Origin: Cyanobacteriota bacterium | GTDB lineage: Bacteria; Cyanobacteriota; Vampirovibrionia; Gastranaerophilales; UBA9971 | Assembly: GCA_022703625.1 (NCBI GenBank) | Contig: JAKLDH010000001.1 | Span: 12,157-76,156, forward strand | DNA length: 64,000 bases | Reading direction: 5' to 3' | Part shown: positions 46,692 through 55,722 of the stretch, in pieces | Numbering within the stretch: position 1 is the stretch's first letter | Layout of the letters: the number at the start of each line of letters is the position of its first letter | Translations under genes and position numbers: made by a program | The notes under the pieces: generated by a model | Told to the model about the DNA's origin: nothing | The model's input: the letters and a program-made list of their open reading frames with translations, nothing else | The model's database searches: none

Positions 46692-46788
46692 GCGAAGCCC
46701 CTACCTACAAACATCTCCCCCCTTCAAAGGGGGGCAGGGGGGGTAGATATAAAAAACAAAAATTCCTTGTTTTTAGAGGTGCCCATTA
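46692..46788 (+). repeat. family-E fragment
   Basis: GCGAAGCCCCTACC...CTCCCCCCTTCAAAGGGGGGCAGGGGGGGTAGATATAAAAAAC...TTTTTAGAGGTGCCCATTA. Translated by the spurious ORF 46638..46832. Confidence 0.6.
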
Positions 46789-46911
46789 CTTTTTTTATTG
46801 CAACTTTGTGTGAAAATACTCCAAATTATTGATTCAATCCGTATGATAATTAGTTATTTTATTCTTAATTAAGCATAAAAATAAAATGCGCAGAGAGAGA
46901 GTGAAATAAAA

Positions 46912-47784
46912 TTGAAAACTAAAAAAAATTCCGGCACAGAAGCTAAATTGCGACTTATTGACGGAAATACCGTTAAAAAAACCAAGCCTTATAATGATAT
47001 AGACCTTAATAACTGGAAGGAATACGATCATATAAATACCGGCACCTTATGGATGTTTAATGAAAGAGCAAAAAATAACGGTCATAAATTTGATTATCAC
47101 GGTAATTACATTCCTCAAATAGCGGAACAGCTTTATAACAGATACACAAAACCAGGCGATATTATTCTTGACCTGTTTTTGGGCTCAGGAACATCCGCAA
47201 TAGAAGCGGTTAATCTGGGAAGAAAATGCATAGGCGTAGAAATAAAACCTGATTTGACTGAAAAAGTAAGACAAAAACTTAAAGAGATTGATCAAAATAA
47301 TCTTACAGAAGTAATTTGCGAAAACAGCGCGTCAGAAAATCTTTGCCTAAAAATTAATGACGTTCTTGAAAAACTGGGAAACGAAAAAGCTCAGTTTTTA
47401 ATTCTTCACCCCCCTTACGCAGATATTATAAAATTTAGCGATAAGAAAACAGACCTTTCAAATTGCGCTTCAACGGCGGAATTTCTGGATAAGTTTGCCA
47501 TGGTTGCGGAAAACGGGTATAAATGTCTGGAAAATGGAAGATATGCGGCTTTAATAATAGGAGATAAATATTCTAAAGGTGAGCTTGTCCCGCTTGGATT
47601 TTATTGCATGCAAAAAATGAACGAGGTTGGTTTTAAAACAAAATCAATCATTGTTAAAAATATAGAAGGCAATGAGATCGGAAAGGGTAAAACAAACAAT
47701 TTATGGAGATACAGAGCGCTTGCCGGTGGATTTTATATTTTTAAACACGAATATATAATGATTTTTCAAAAAGAGAAAAAATAG
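46912..47784 (+). CDS. putative DNA (N6-adenine or N4-cytosine) methyltransferase, solitary
   Basis: SAM-binding 'ILDLFLGSGTSAIEAVNLGRKCIGVEI' and catalytic 'LHPPY', a (D/N/S)PPY variant. No nuclease or specificity gene is adjacent. Confidence 0.6.
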   Translation: MKTKKNSGTEAKLRLIDGNTVKKTKPYNDIDLNNWKEYDHINTGTLWMFNERAKNNGHKFDYHGNYIPQIAEQLYNRYTKPGDIILDLFLGSGTSAIEAVNLGRKCIGVEIKPDLTEKVRQKLKEIDQNNLTEVICENSASENLCLKINDVLEKLGNEKAQFLILHPPYADIIKFSDKKTDLSNCASTAEFLDKFAMVAENGYKCLENGRYAALIIGDKYSKGELVPLGFYCMQKMNEVGFKTKSIIVKNIEGNEIGKGKTNNLWRYRALAGGFYIFKHEYIMIFQKEKK

Positions 47785-47797
47785 ATAGCTTATACTA

Positions 47798-47980
47798 TAC
47801 CAATCATTAAAAGAAATCAGCAAATGAAAAAGATGATTTTTGTAAGTCCTTAATTTGCGGGTGTTTTGCCGAAGGCAAAACACCCGCTATACCCTTACTC
47901 AGCCCGCGCCGCTCGCAGGGCGGCGCGGGCTATAAATATCAGCTTTTTAACCAATTAATGAAAATTTATTTGGATTGGTA
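47798..47980 (-). mobile_element. family-B MITE, short subtype
   Basis: TACCAAT...ATTGGTA flanked by TA (47796-97) and TA (47981-82). Hairpins GCGGGTGTTTTGCC/GGCAAAACACCCGC and CAGCCCGCGCCGC/GCGGCGCGGGCT. Confidence 0.8.
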
Positions 47981-47985
47981 TAATT

Positions 47986-48200
47986 TCCATGTTTGTTCAT
48001 TTCTTTTTCTTTTTGCGTCAAAAAGAAAAAGAACCCGCAAAGCGGGAAACTTGGGATACAATCCAAGTAACAGCACCCTGTGAATGTGCCTTAGGCACCC
48101 AAAGAAAAAGAAAAACTAACAGGACAAACTGACATATCCATCAGGGGCAAGCCCCCGAACCCCCTCTTTTTTAAATGCATGTTTTTTGCTTTTGTCTTTT
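47986..48200 (-). repeat. family-C element, long isoform (copy 4), right bracket of the methyltransferase cassette
   Basis: The reverse complement reads AAAAGACAAAAGCAAAAAACATGCATTTAAAAAAGAGGGGGTTCGGGGGCTTGCCCCTGATGGATATGTCAG... with the same internal insert as copy 2. Confidence 0.7.
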
Positions 48201-48320
48201 AGTATTTTAATTTTTTTCAATACTTCGACTAATTAATAACTTAAACTATATAAAAAATTTTTAAATGTTTTATTATAAAAAAATTTTATTCTATAATAAA
48301 TTTAGACAAATATATTTTAA

Positions 48321-48402
48321 GGGCGAGTGGCGAAATGGTAGACGCGCTAGTCTTAGGAACTAGTAGGCAACCCCTGTGAGAGTTCGAATCTCTCCCCGCC
48401 CA
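48321..48402 (+). tRNA. tRNA-Leu (anticodon UAG)
   Basis: Hand-folded 82-nt type-II tRNA: anticodon loop CTTAGGA, long variable arm, T-loop TTCGAAT. One A-C mismatch in the acceptor stem. Confidence 0.85.
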
Positions 48403-48430
48403 TTTTTATTTTAGAAAAAATCATGCCAAA

Positions 48431-49447
48431 ATGATAAAAACGCTAATTGAAAAGTTTACAAATCCTGCCGGAAAACTGGATCGTATTCTTAAACCCATAG
48501 AAAAAGACCTGCTCTTGCTGGAAAATAATCTGCGGGAAAATATGTTCAGCGGAAACTCTGAGCTGGATAAAATGGTTGCTTATTTCTTTAAATCCGGCGG
48601 AAAAAGATTAAGACCCGCAATTATAATTCTATACAGCAGGGCTTTAAATAGAGGTTACCTTGCTGATGAGAATTTCAGGATCGCAGAAGCTGTTGAAATG
48701 ATTCATACAGCCTCTCTTGTTCACGATGACGTAATTGACGAGGCAGAAACCCGTCGAGGCTTTCAAACCATAAACAAAAAATGGGGATCAAAATTAGCTG
48801 TCATAACAGGCGATTATATTCTTTCCAGAGCCTTGAGCAAGCTTACTTCCGTCGGCATTTTAGCGGTGGAAATATTTTCGCAAACCTTAAACGCCCTGTG
48901 CATAGGCGAAATTATGCAAAAAAACCAGAGTTTTAAAGTTATTTCAATGGAAGAATATATAAATAAGTCTGAAAGAAAAACAGCTAAGCTGTTTATGGCT
49001 GGCATGGAGTGCGCGGCTTCAATTATGCCGGAAACAAACAATCTTGTTATCAACATTGCCAGAGGTTATTCCTATAATTTCGGGATCGCTTTTCAAATAA
49101 TGGACGATATACTTAATTTTACTGGTGATTCAAAAAAACTCGGCAAGCCCGCCGGAAATGATTTAAAACATGGAATTATAACGGCTCCTGTTATTTTTGC
49201 CGTTGAAGAATACGATAAAACAGGGGATTCAACCCTTAAAAACCTTATACTTGCAGGATTGAAAACTGAAAAAGATTTTAAAAAAGCTGTAAAATTAGTT
49301 ATAGATTCAAATGGAATACAAAAAGCCCAAGTTTTGGCTCAAGATTATTCCTCTAAAGCCGTAAACTGTTTAGCCAACCTTAAAGACAGCGTTTATAAAC
49401 AGTCTTTAATTGATCTGGCTAATTATTCAACAAATAGGAAATATTAA
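48431..49447 (+). CDS. long-chain polyprenyl diphosphate synthase
   Basis: First 'LVHDDVIDEAETRRG' and second 'FQIMDDILNF' aspartate-rich motifs. Confidence 0.88.
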   Translation: MIKTLIEKFTNPAGKLDRILKPIEKDLLLLENNLRENMFSGNSELDKMVAYFFKSGGKRLRPAIIILYSRALNRGYLADENFRIAEAVEMIHTASLVHDDVIDEAETRRGFQTINKKWGSKLAVITGDYILSRALSKLTSVGILAVEIFSQTLNALCIGEIMQKNQSFKVISMEEYINKSERKTAKLFMAGMECAASIMPETNNLVINIARGYSYNFGIAFQIMDDILNFTGDSKKLGKPAGNDLKHGIITAPVIFAVEEYDKTGDSTLKNLILAGLKTEKDFKKAVKLVIDSNGIQKAQVLAQDYSSKAVNCLANLKDSVYKQSLIDLANYSTNRKY

Positions 49448-49471
49448 TTTCTGTTTTAAAAGGAAAAAATA

Positions 49472-50131
49472 ATGAATACAAATAAAAAAGCGCCTGATGA
49501 AATAAAATTTGATAAAGATAAAATAAAAGCGTTTATAAAAGAGTCTGTAGAAACGATTGTAATAGTGCTTGTACTTGTAATCGCAATCAGGTCTTTGCTT
49601 GGAGAGCCTCGCTGGATTCCCACAAGCTCTATGGAGCCGACTTTGCAGATTAAGGATAATCTTATAGTTGAAAAAGTTTCTTATCGATTCTCAAAGCCGC
49701 AAAGAGGAGATATTTTAGTCTTTTATCCTCCTAATCACGAACTTGACCCTACATTGTTAGGCAAATTTGGTCGTATGATAGGTTTTTTCAGTAAAGATGA
49801 AGCTTATATCAAAAGAGTAATAGGTTTACCCGGAGATTTAATCGAAGTTGCCCCGAACGAAGGCGTTTATATCAACGGAACGCTCGTGAATGAGCCGTAT
49901 GTTAAAGAAGTTTTTAACGGAACGTGTGATGTTTTTATGATCTGCGGACCTTATAAAATCCCTCAGGGCAACTATTACATGATGGGCGATAACAGAAATG
50001 ACAGCACAGACAGTAGATATTGGGGAACGCTTCCTGAAAAAAGAATTGTCGGAAAAGCTTTTGTTAAATTCTGGCCCCCAACTCGAATGGGATTAATAAA
50101 AAGACCGGAATATAATATTAAAGACAAGTAA
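49472..50131 (+). CDS. lepB: signal peptidase I
   Basis: TM anchor, 'SSMEPTL' catalytic Ser box, 'YIKRVIGLPGD' Lys box and 'GDNRNDSTDSRYWG'. Confidence 0.92.
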   Translation: MNTNKKAPDEIKFDKDKIKAFIKESVETIVIVLVLVIAIRSLLGEPRWIPTSSMEPTLQIKDNLIVEKVSYRFSKPQRGDILVFYPPNHELDPTLLGKFGRMIGFFSKDEAYIKRVIGLPGDLIEVAPNEGVYINGTLVNEPYVKEVFNGTCDVFMICGPYKIPQGNYYMMGDNRNDSTDSRYWGTLPEKRIVGKAFVKFWPPTRMGLIKRPEYNIKDK

Positions 50132-50143
50132 TAAATAGAAATT

Positions 50144-51439
50144 ATGAATGCGAATATTCCTAAAACAGTAAATCCATTGAAAAACCCGCTTAAGGGAACA
50201 ATAAAAGTCCCTGCGGACAAGTCAATTTCTCATAGAGCGGCAATTTTTGCCGCCCTTACAAGAAAAGAAGTCTTAATCGGCAACTTTTCACTAGGCGCAG
50301 ACTGCAAAAGCACTTTGAGCGTTTTAGAACAACTCGGCGTTGAAATAAATTTTCAATCAGAAAACAACTTGAGTGTTTTAAATAAAAAAGGTTTTAAAGA
50401 GCCTAAAAACATACTTTATGCAGGTAATTCAGGCACAACTATAAGACTTATGGCGGGTATTCTTGCAACGTCATCCTTTACGTCTTCAATTACCGGCGAT
50501 GAAAGTTTAAAAAAACGCCCTATGGGCAGAATTATTAACCCTTTAAAGCAAATGGGAGCTAATATTTCCGCTGAAGACAATGATACTAAAGCCCCAATTA
50601 TTATAAAAGGTTCGAAATTAAAGGGAATTATGCATAATTCGCAGATTTCCAGCGCGCAGGTCAAGTCATGCATACTTCTTGCAGGACTAAACGCCGAAGG
50701 GAAAACGATTTTCAGAGAACCTGTCAAGTCAAGAGATCATACTGAAAGGCTTTTAGCTTATCTTGGGGCAGATATTGAAGTTGAAGACACAAAAGTTAAA
50801 ATAAAACAATCAGAGTTGCAATCCAAGCCTATATCGATTCCAGGGGATATTTCCTCCGCCGCATTCTTTATTGTTGCCGCCTGTATCATTCCTGATTCTG
50901 AAATTGTCATAGAGGGTATCGGTTTAAACCCCACAAGAACCGGAATTATAGACGTTATGAAGCAAATGGGCGCAAAAATTACGATTTTAAATCAAAGAAT
51001 TGAGTGTAACGAAGAAATTGGCGATATTAAAATTAATTACTCCAAGCTTAAAGGAATAACCATCGGCAAGGAGATGATTCCCGCTATAATTGACGAACTG
51101 CCTATAATTGCGGTTGCCGCAACACAGGCAGAAGGAACAACTATTGTTAAAGAAGCTGAAGAGCTTAGACACAAAGAATCAGATCGAATTAAAGCTGTTT
51201 GCCTCAATCTAAAAAAGCTTGGAGCCGACATTGAAGAAGCGCTGGACGGTTTTGTAGTTCATGGAAAGACGCAATTAAGAGGAAACTGCGTTCTTGAAAC
51301 TTATCACGACCATAGAATTGCAATGACAGGATATGTTGCCGGTTTAGCTTCATTAAAGCCCGTTAAAATAAATGAATTCAATTGGGTTAACATTTCTTTT
51401 CCCGAATTTACCGATATTTTCGCGAAAATAATTCATTAG
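50144..51439 (+). CDS. aroA: 3-phosphoshikimate 1-carboxyvinyltransferase (EPSP synthase)
   Basis: 'PADKSISHRA', 'AGNSGTTIRLMAG' and 'DHRIAM'. Confidence 0.93.
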   Translation: MNANIPKTVNPLKNPLKGTIKVPADKSISHRAAIFAALTRKEVLIGNFSLGADCKSTLSVLEQLGVEINFQSENNLSVLNKKGFKEPKNILYAGNSGTTIRLMAGILATSSFTSSITGDESLKKRPMGRIINPLKQMGANISAEDNDTKAPIIIKGSKLKGIMHNSQISSAQVKSCILLAGLNAEGKTIFREPVKSRDHTERLLAYLGADIEVEDTKVKIKQSELQSKPISIPGDISSAAFFIVAACIIPDSEIVIEGIGLNPTRTGIIDVMKQMGAKITILNQRIECNEEIGDIKINYSKLKGITIGKEMIPAIIDELPIIAVAATQAEGTTIVKEAEELRHKESDRIKAVCLNLKKLGADIEEALDGFVVHGKTQLRGNCVLETYHDHRIAMTGYVAGLASLKPVKINEFNWVNISFPEFTDIFAKIIH

Positions 51440-51449
51440 AATACCTCTA

Positions 51450-51568
51450 TACCAATCATTAAAAAAAAATCGGCATTTGTAAGTCCTTAATTTGCGGTTG
51501 TTTCGGCTCTGCCGAAACAACCGCAATACCCTTGCTCAGCCCGCTCCGCCCTGCGGGCGGAGCGGGCT
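51450..51568 (-). mobile_element. family-B MITE, truncated; shared hairpin between convergent aroA and ispE
   Basis: TA-TACCAAT left end at 51448. Hairpins GCGGTTGTTTCGGC/GCCGAAACAACCGC and CAGCCCGCTCCGCC/GGCGGAGCGGGCT. The element stops at the ispE stop codon (51567-69), which lies in the last hairpin arm. Confidence 0.7.
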
Positions 51569-52445
51569 AGCTTTCTTTTACCCCATAGTTTATTGATACA
51601 GCTTTAAAAACGTCATAACTGTCTTTTGAAAAGTCAATCTTTATATCATTTTCATAAATTCCGAATACAGTGGGTCCACTGCCGGACATGATTGCATTTT
51701 GACACCCTGCTTTAATTATAAGTTGTTTTACTTTATTAATTTCAGGATATGCTTGAAGAATTGCTTTTTCCAGGTCGTTATTTAAAAGCTTTGCAACGGT
51801 TTTTATATTAGTTGTTTTTTCGAGAATAACTTTTTTCATTGTGTCAAAATTTTTGATTTCCGACTTTATCGGCGACCCTGAATATTTTTGATAAGCTTCT
51901 TTTGCTGAAATAAACAGTTTAGAAGGTTTAACTATTAAAAATTTCAAATCAGGCGTGTTTATACGCTGTATTTTCTCGCCTCTTGAAGTTGCCTGGCAGG
52001 TTCCTCCGGTAAGACAAAAATTAACGTCCGAGCCTAGTTCAGAAGCTAAAAAATGTAATTGATCCGCGCTTAAAGGGTTTCCGTATAATTTATTTATCCC
52101 CCATAATGTCCCTGCGGCGTTTGAGCTTCCTCCCGCCAGTCCGGCGGCGACAGGGATATTTTTTTCAATATGAATATTTACCTTTTGATTTTTTATATCA
52201 GCGGTTTTTAAAAACATTTTCGCCGCTTTAAACGCAATATTGTTTTCATCGTAAGGGATTTGGGGATTATTGCCGCTAATTTTTATGATTTCAGCGTCAT
52301 TATCCTCTGTTTCAACAGATAAAAAATCAAAAAGGTTTATAGCCTGCATAATGCTTCGGATTTCGTGAAATCCGTCTTTTCTTTTTCCAAGAATTTCCAG
52401 TACAAGATTAAGTTTTGCAGGTGTTTTAATTTTAATTTTTTTCAT
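51567..52445 (-). CDS. ispE: 4-diphosphocytidyl-2-C-methyl-D-erythritol kinase
   Basis: 'PAKLNL' N-terminus and GHMP-kinase 'PVAAGLAGGSSNAA'. Confidence 0.92.
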   Translation of the reverse strand: MKKIKIKTPAKLNLVLEILGKRKDGFHEIRSIMQAINLFDFLSVETEDNDAEIIKISGNNPQIPYDENNIAFKAAKMFLKTADIKNQKVNIHIEKNIPVAAGLAGGSSNAAGTLWGINKLYGNPLSADQLHFLASELGSDVNFCLTGGTCQATSRGEKIQRINTPDLKFLIVKPSKLFISAKEAYQKYSGSPIKSEIKNFDTMKKVILEKTTNIKTVAKLLNNDLEKAILQAYPEINKVKQLIIKAGCQNAIMSGSGPTVFGIYENDIKIDFSKDSYDVFKAVSINYGVKES

Positions 52446-52448
52446 AAA

Positions 52449-52516
52449 ATTGGGCTGGGATTTGGCGTAGGGGGGTAGATATAAATAATAACGTTCTTTT
52501 ATTTTTAGAGGTTACC
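52449..52516 (+). repeat. family-E fragment
   Basis: ATTGGGCTGGGATTTGGCGTAGGGGGGTAGATATAAATAATAACGTTCTTTTATTTTTAGAGGTTACC, directly upstream of the ispE start. Confidence 0.55.
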
Positions 52517-52589
52517 ATAATTATTTAGTATAAGACAAAAAATATTTTGGACGTTATAATATTTATAAATTACAAAAGAGTTTTAGAAA

Positions 52590-52979
52590 ATGACAAAATT
52601 TAAAAATAAATCAACTTTTTCAAGTTTCAGATTTGCTGTAAGGGGATTGCTTATCGGCATGAAATCCCAGCGTAACTTTAGGACAGCTTTTTTAATTTCT
52701 CTGATCGTATTATTTTCTGCGGTCATGCTTAAATTCAGCTTTGTTGAAATGTCTATAATTGTTTTGGTGATAGGCTTTGTTTGCTTTGCGGAACTGGTTA
52801 ACACCGCAATAGAATATGTAATAGACACATATTTTAGAAACAAGCATTCTGAAATGGCGAGAATTTCAAAGGACGTAGCGGCAGGTTCAGTGCTTACAGC
52901 TATTTTATGCGCTTCAATAATTGGTTCTTTATTATTTTTCCCGAAAATCATTGTTTTATTGATGAATTTTTCTCATTAA
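52590..52979 (+). CDS. dgkA: diacylglycerol/undecaprenol kinase
   Basis: Three TM helices and the 'ELVNTAIEYVID' DgkA signature. Confidence 0.88.
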   Translation: MTKFKNKSTFSSFRFAVRGLLIGMKSQRNFRTAFLISLIVLFSAVMLKFSFVEMSIIVLVIGFVCFAELVNTAIEYVIDTYFRNKHSEMARISKDVAAGSVLTAILCASIIGSLLFFPKIIVLLMNFSH

Positions 52980-53005
52980 TAAATTATTTATACCAATCAA
53001 AATAA

Positions 53006-53148
53006 TACCAAGTTGCAATCAATGTAGTATTAAATCTCCCTCCCCCTGCCCCCTCCCCAAGGGAGGGGAAGAAGAGTAGATAAGGTTTTTGCCGGCGTAG
53101 CCGGCAAAAACCTTATCAAAAAAAAACTCTTTTGATTGTAAATTGGTA
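53006..53148 (+). mobile_element. family-A MITE, uninterrupted reference copy (right TIR degenerate)
   Basis: TACCAAGTTGCAATCAA...TTGATTGTAAATTGGTA. Same cargo as 14093. Contains the unoccupied TA (53025-26) where B sits in the 14093 copy. Preceded by TAA and by a B-type stub TACCAATCAAAA. Confidence 0.75.
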
Positions 53149-53152
53149 GTAG

Positions 53153-53193
53153 ATAGATTGCCGCGTCGGGGCTTCGCCCCTCCTCGCAATGAC
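53153..53193. repeat. family-D half element
   Basis: ATAGATTGCCGCGTCGGGGCTTCGCCCCTCCTCGCAATGAC, followed by an F-type terminus-like ACCTGAGTAGTTGCGG. Confidence 0.5.
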
Positions 53194-53245
53194 ACCTGAG
53201 TAGTTGCGGTATAAGTGATTAAAAAGCCGAGGAAGGGTATATCGC

Positions 53246-55069
53246 TTAGTTTTTGCCAATAAAAAATATGGGGGTTATTTTGACAAAAGTTTCTACTAAA
53301 TCTTTATCCCATTGTTTATCTGCCCCCGCTTTAAGGATTTCAAGCGCTTTCTTTTCTCCGGCGGCTTTTCTGTAAGGTCTATGGCTTATAAGGGCATGAA
53401 ATGCGTCAGCAATAGCGACAATTTTTGCTCCAAGCGGTATTTCATCGCCACGCAATCTGTCAGGATAACCTAATCCGTCAATTCTTTCATGATGATGTCT
53501 TACGGTTGGGATTAAATCTTTAAGCGATTTGATTGGTTCAAGGATTTTTTTCACGCCTATAATAGGATGCTGCTTCATTACTTCCCATTCATGATCCGTT
53601 AAAGGTCCTGGCTTCCTAAGAATAGTTTCTGAAATTCCTATTTTACCAATATCATGAAGAATTGCTCCAAGTTTTATTTGTTCAACCGTATGTTCATCAA
53701 GCTCCAGAGCTTTTGCCAGCGTTTCCGCATATTTTGACACAGACTGCGAATGACCTCTTGTGTAGGTATCCTTTGCGTCTATAGCCGCCGCAAGCGAAGT
53801 TACAATCTCCCAGGAAATTTTTGAAGTTTTATTCTCAATTTGAAACTGTTTAACCAGCTCGTCTTCATAATTAAATTTAGGGAAATTTCTTCTGTTTATA
53901 ATGGCGGAAAGAGATTCCAGAGAGGTTTTATTCCAAAAATTCACGTCATTTGAACTTAAAATTGACGAATTATTATTTTGTTGTCCTTGATTTTTTGAAA
54001 TAAGCATTGACTGTTCAGCGAGAATAAGAAGTTTTTCCTGATCCACTGCCGATGTCGGGTATGTTGATATTCCAACGCTTGCTTTAATTTTGCCTATTTT
54101 ATTAATTTGAAGTTTAAAAATGTTTGATAATATATTTTTTGCTGCGCTTTTTGCTGTTTCATTAGAAGTTTCAGGCATGATAACGACAATTTCATCGCTT
54201 CCATAGCGCGCCGCAATATCTTTTTCCCTTAAATTGGTTTTTATTTCCTTTGCAAACGCTGAAATAACCTCATCGCCTTTTGAATGTCCAAACTCTCTGT
54301 TAATTCCGGCAAGATTATTAATATCAAAAATTACGACAGAAGCCTTTTGCTTGTTTTCTTTCGCCTCTTTTAAAACTTCTGTCAACGTTTCCTGAAATTT
54401 TCCGTGTGTATAAAGTCCGGTTAAATTATCCGTTTCATTAAATAAACTGAGAGCGTCTTTAATTTTATAATTGCTTATTAAAAGAGTAAGATAACCGCAA
54501 AGAGTGTTTAAAACCTCATCTTTGTTTCGATCTCGCCTCATAGAGCCTGCCACAACCATTCCAAAAGAGTCGCCCTGATAAATAAGCGGCATTATTAGAT
54601 ATTCCATTTTTTCAGCGCAATTTATCATGAACAATTCTTTAGAAGTCGCATATTTCCTTGATTTATCCAGATAACTTTGAGTTAAATAATTATACTCATC
54701 AGAAATTAAAAATTGAAAAGAACCTTGCTCTATTTCCGAATTAAACGTTTGGACGTTTAAAACTTCTTTATTTTTATCAGGAATACATATTGCGGAAAAT
54801 TCATATCCAAGTTTTGCGGAATAAAAATTAAAGCATTTATAAATTTCGTTTAAAGATTTTTTTGTTTTAATTAGCGAACAAAAACCTGAAATAAAGTCTA
54901 AAAAGTTATTTTCAGGCTCTAAAGCTCCAAATTGAAGTTTTGAAGCGCGTTTATGAGCATGATCAAAGTCGTGTTTTGAATTTAATTTTATAATAACTTC
55001 TTTATCCATGTTCTCTGAAACATGGAGAATTTTGTCTACTTTTTTTTCGACTTCTGATTTTCTTTTCAA
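53246..55069 (-). CDS. signalling protein: N-terminal sensor (GAF-like) - degenerate GGDEF - HD-GYP
   Basis: 'RYGSDEIVVIM' in place of GGDEF. HD-GYP 'ILHDIGKIG' and 'HHHERIDGLGYP'. Confidence 0.8.
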   Translation of the reverse strand: MKRKSEVEKKVDKILHVSENMDKEVIIKLNSKHDFDHAHKRASKLQFGALEPENNFLDFISGFCSLIKTKKSLNEIYKCFNFYSAKLGYEFSAICIPDKNKEVLNVQTFNSEIEQGSFQFLISDEYNYLTQSYLDKSRKYATSKELFMINCAEKMEYLIMPLIYQGDSFGMVVAGSMRRDRNKDEVLNTLCGYLTLLISNYKIKDALSLFNETDNLTGLYTHGKFQETLTEVLKEAKENKQKASVVIFDINNLAGINREFGHSKGDEVISAFAKEIKTNLREKDIAARYGSDEIVVIMPETSNETAKSAAKNILSNIFKLQINKIGKIKASVGISTYPTSAVDQEKLLILAEQSMLISKNQGQQNNNSSILSSNDVNFWNKTSLESLSAIINRRNFPKFNYEDELVKQFQIENKTSKISWEIVTSLAAAIDAKDTYTRGHSQSVSKYAETLAKALELDEHTVEQIKLGAILHDIGKIGISETILRKPGPLTDHEWEVMKQHPIIGVKKILEPIKSLKDLIPTVRHHHERIDGLGYPDRLRGDEIPLGAKIVAIADAFHALISHRPYRKAAGEKKALEILKAGADKQWDKDLVETFVKITPIFFIGKN

Positions 55070-55396
55070 TTCGTATTCCTTTATGACTGATAAACCAAGA
55101 ATTGAATTATAAATTTTAAAAATTGGATAAAGAATTTTTCTGTTAAAATTTTAACATTTTTGAGGATTAAATAATACCGAATTATTTATCTTATATGGAA
55201 TAAAATAAATAATAAATGTTACTGATATATTATAACAAAGTTTAAATTATTTACAAAGTTTTGTAAAGACCACGGTTCATTGCGCTTTTTCGCAAAATTC
55301 AATGTTCATCGATAATTTTTAAAACTGAGACAAATTTGTGGCAACTGCAATTTTTAAGAATTTATAGAATCGTTAAAATCCTTGTAAATAAAGGTA

Positions 55397-55470
55397 TGCG
55401 CCTGACGCGATTCGAACGCGTGACCTACGGCTTCGGAGGCCGTTACTCTATCCAACTGAGCTACAGACGC
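55397..55470 (-). tRNA. tRNA-Arg (anticodon CCG)
   Basis: Hand-folded 74-nt cloverleaf: GCGTCTG acceptor, anticodon loop CTCCGAA, T-loop TTCGAAT. ORF 55336..55578 over it is spurious. Confidence 0.9.
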
Positions 55471-55570
55471 ATGGTATGTTATGGCTCGCTTTCATTGATT
55501 TGGTTTTTTGCTTCCCCTTTCCAGGCTGCTCCCCGGCGGGAACAGAAAAATTTGAAATTTATTTTGGGAG

Positions 55571-55658
55571 TATATTAAACGACAAAACTGATTAACATGA
55601 ATTGCTTGCGGGATATGGGGGAAACTCTTTAAACGCAAACAGATTAATGATTTTTATT
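55571..55658 (-). repeat. conserved 85-nt 5'-element, copy 3 (points toward tRNA-Arg)
   Basis: The reverse complement AATAAAAATCATTAATCTGTTTGCGTTTAAAGAGTTTCCCCCATATCCCGCAAGCAATTCATGTTAATCAGTTTTGTCGTTTAATATA aligns with copies 1 and 2. Confidence 0.7.
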
Positions 55659-55722
55659 ATAATATAAATATATTAATGTTTTTTATTATATACTATAAAA
55701 AATAAATCTGGAGGTTGGTCTT

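Noticed and set aside
55336-55578. 80-aa ORF on the plus strand
   Set aside because: It overlaps tRNA-Arg(CCG) on the opposite strand and the flanking non-coding DNA, so it is spurious.
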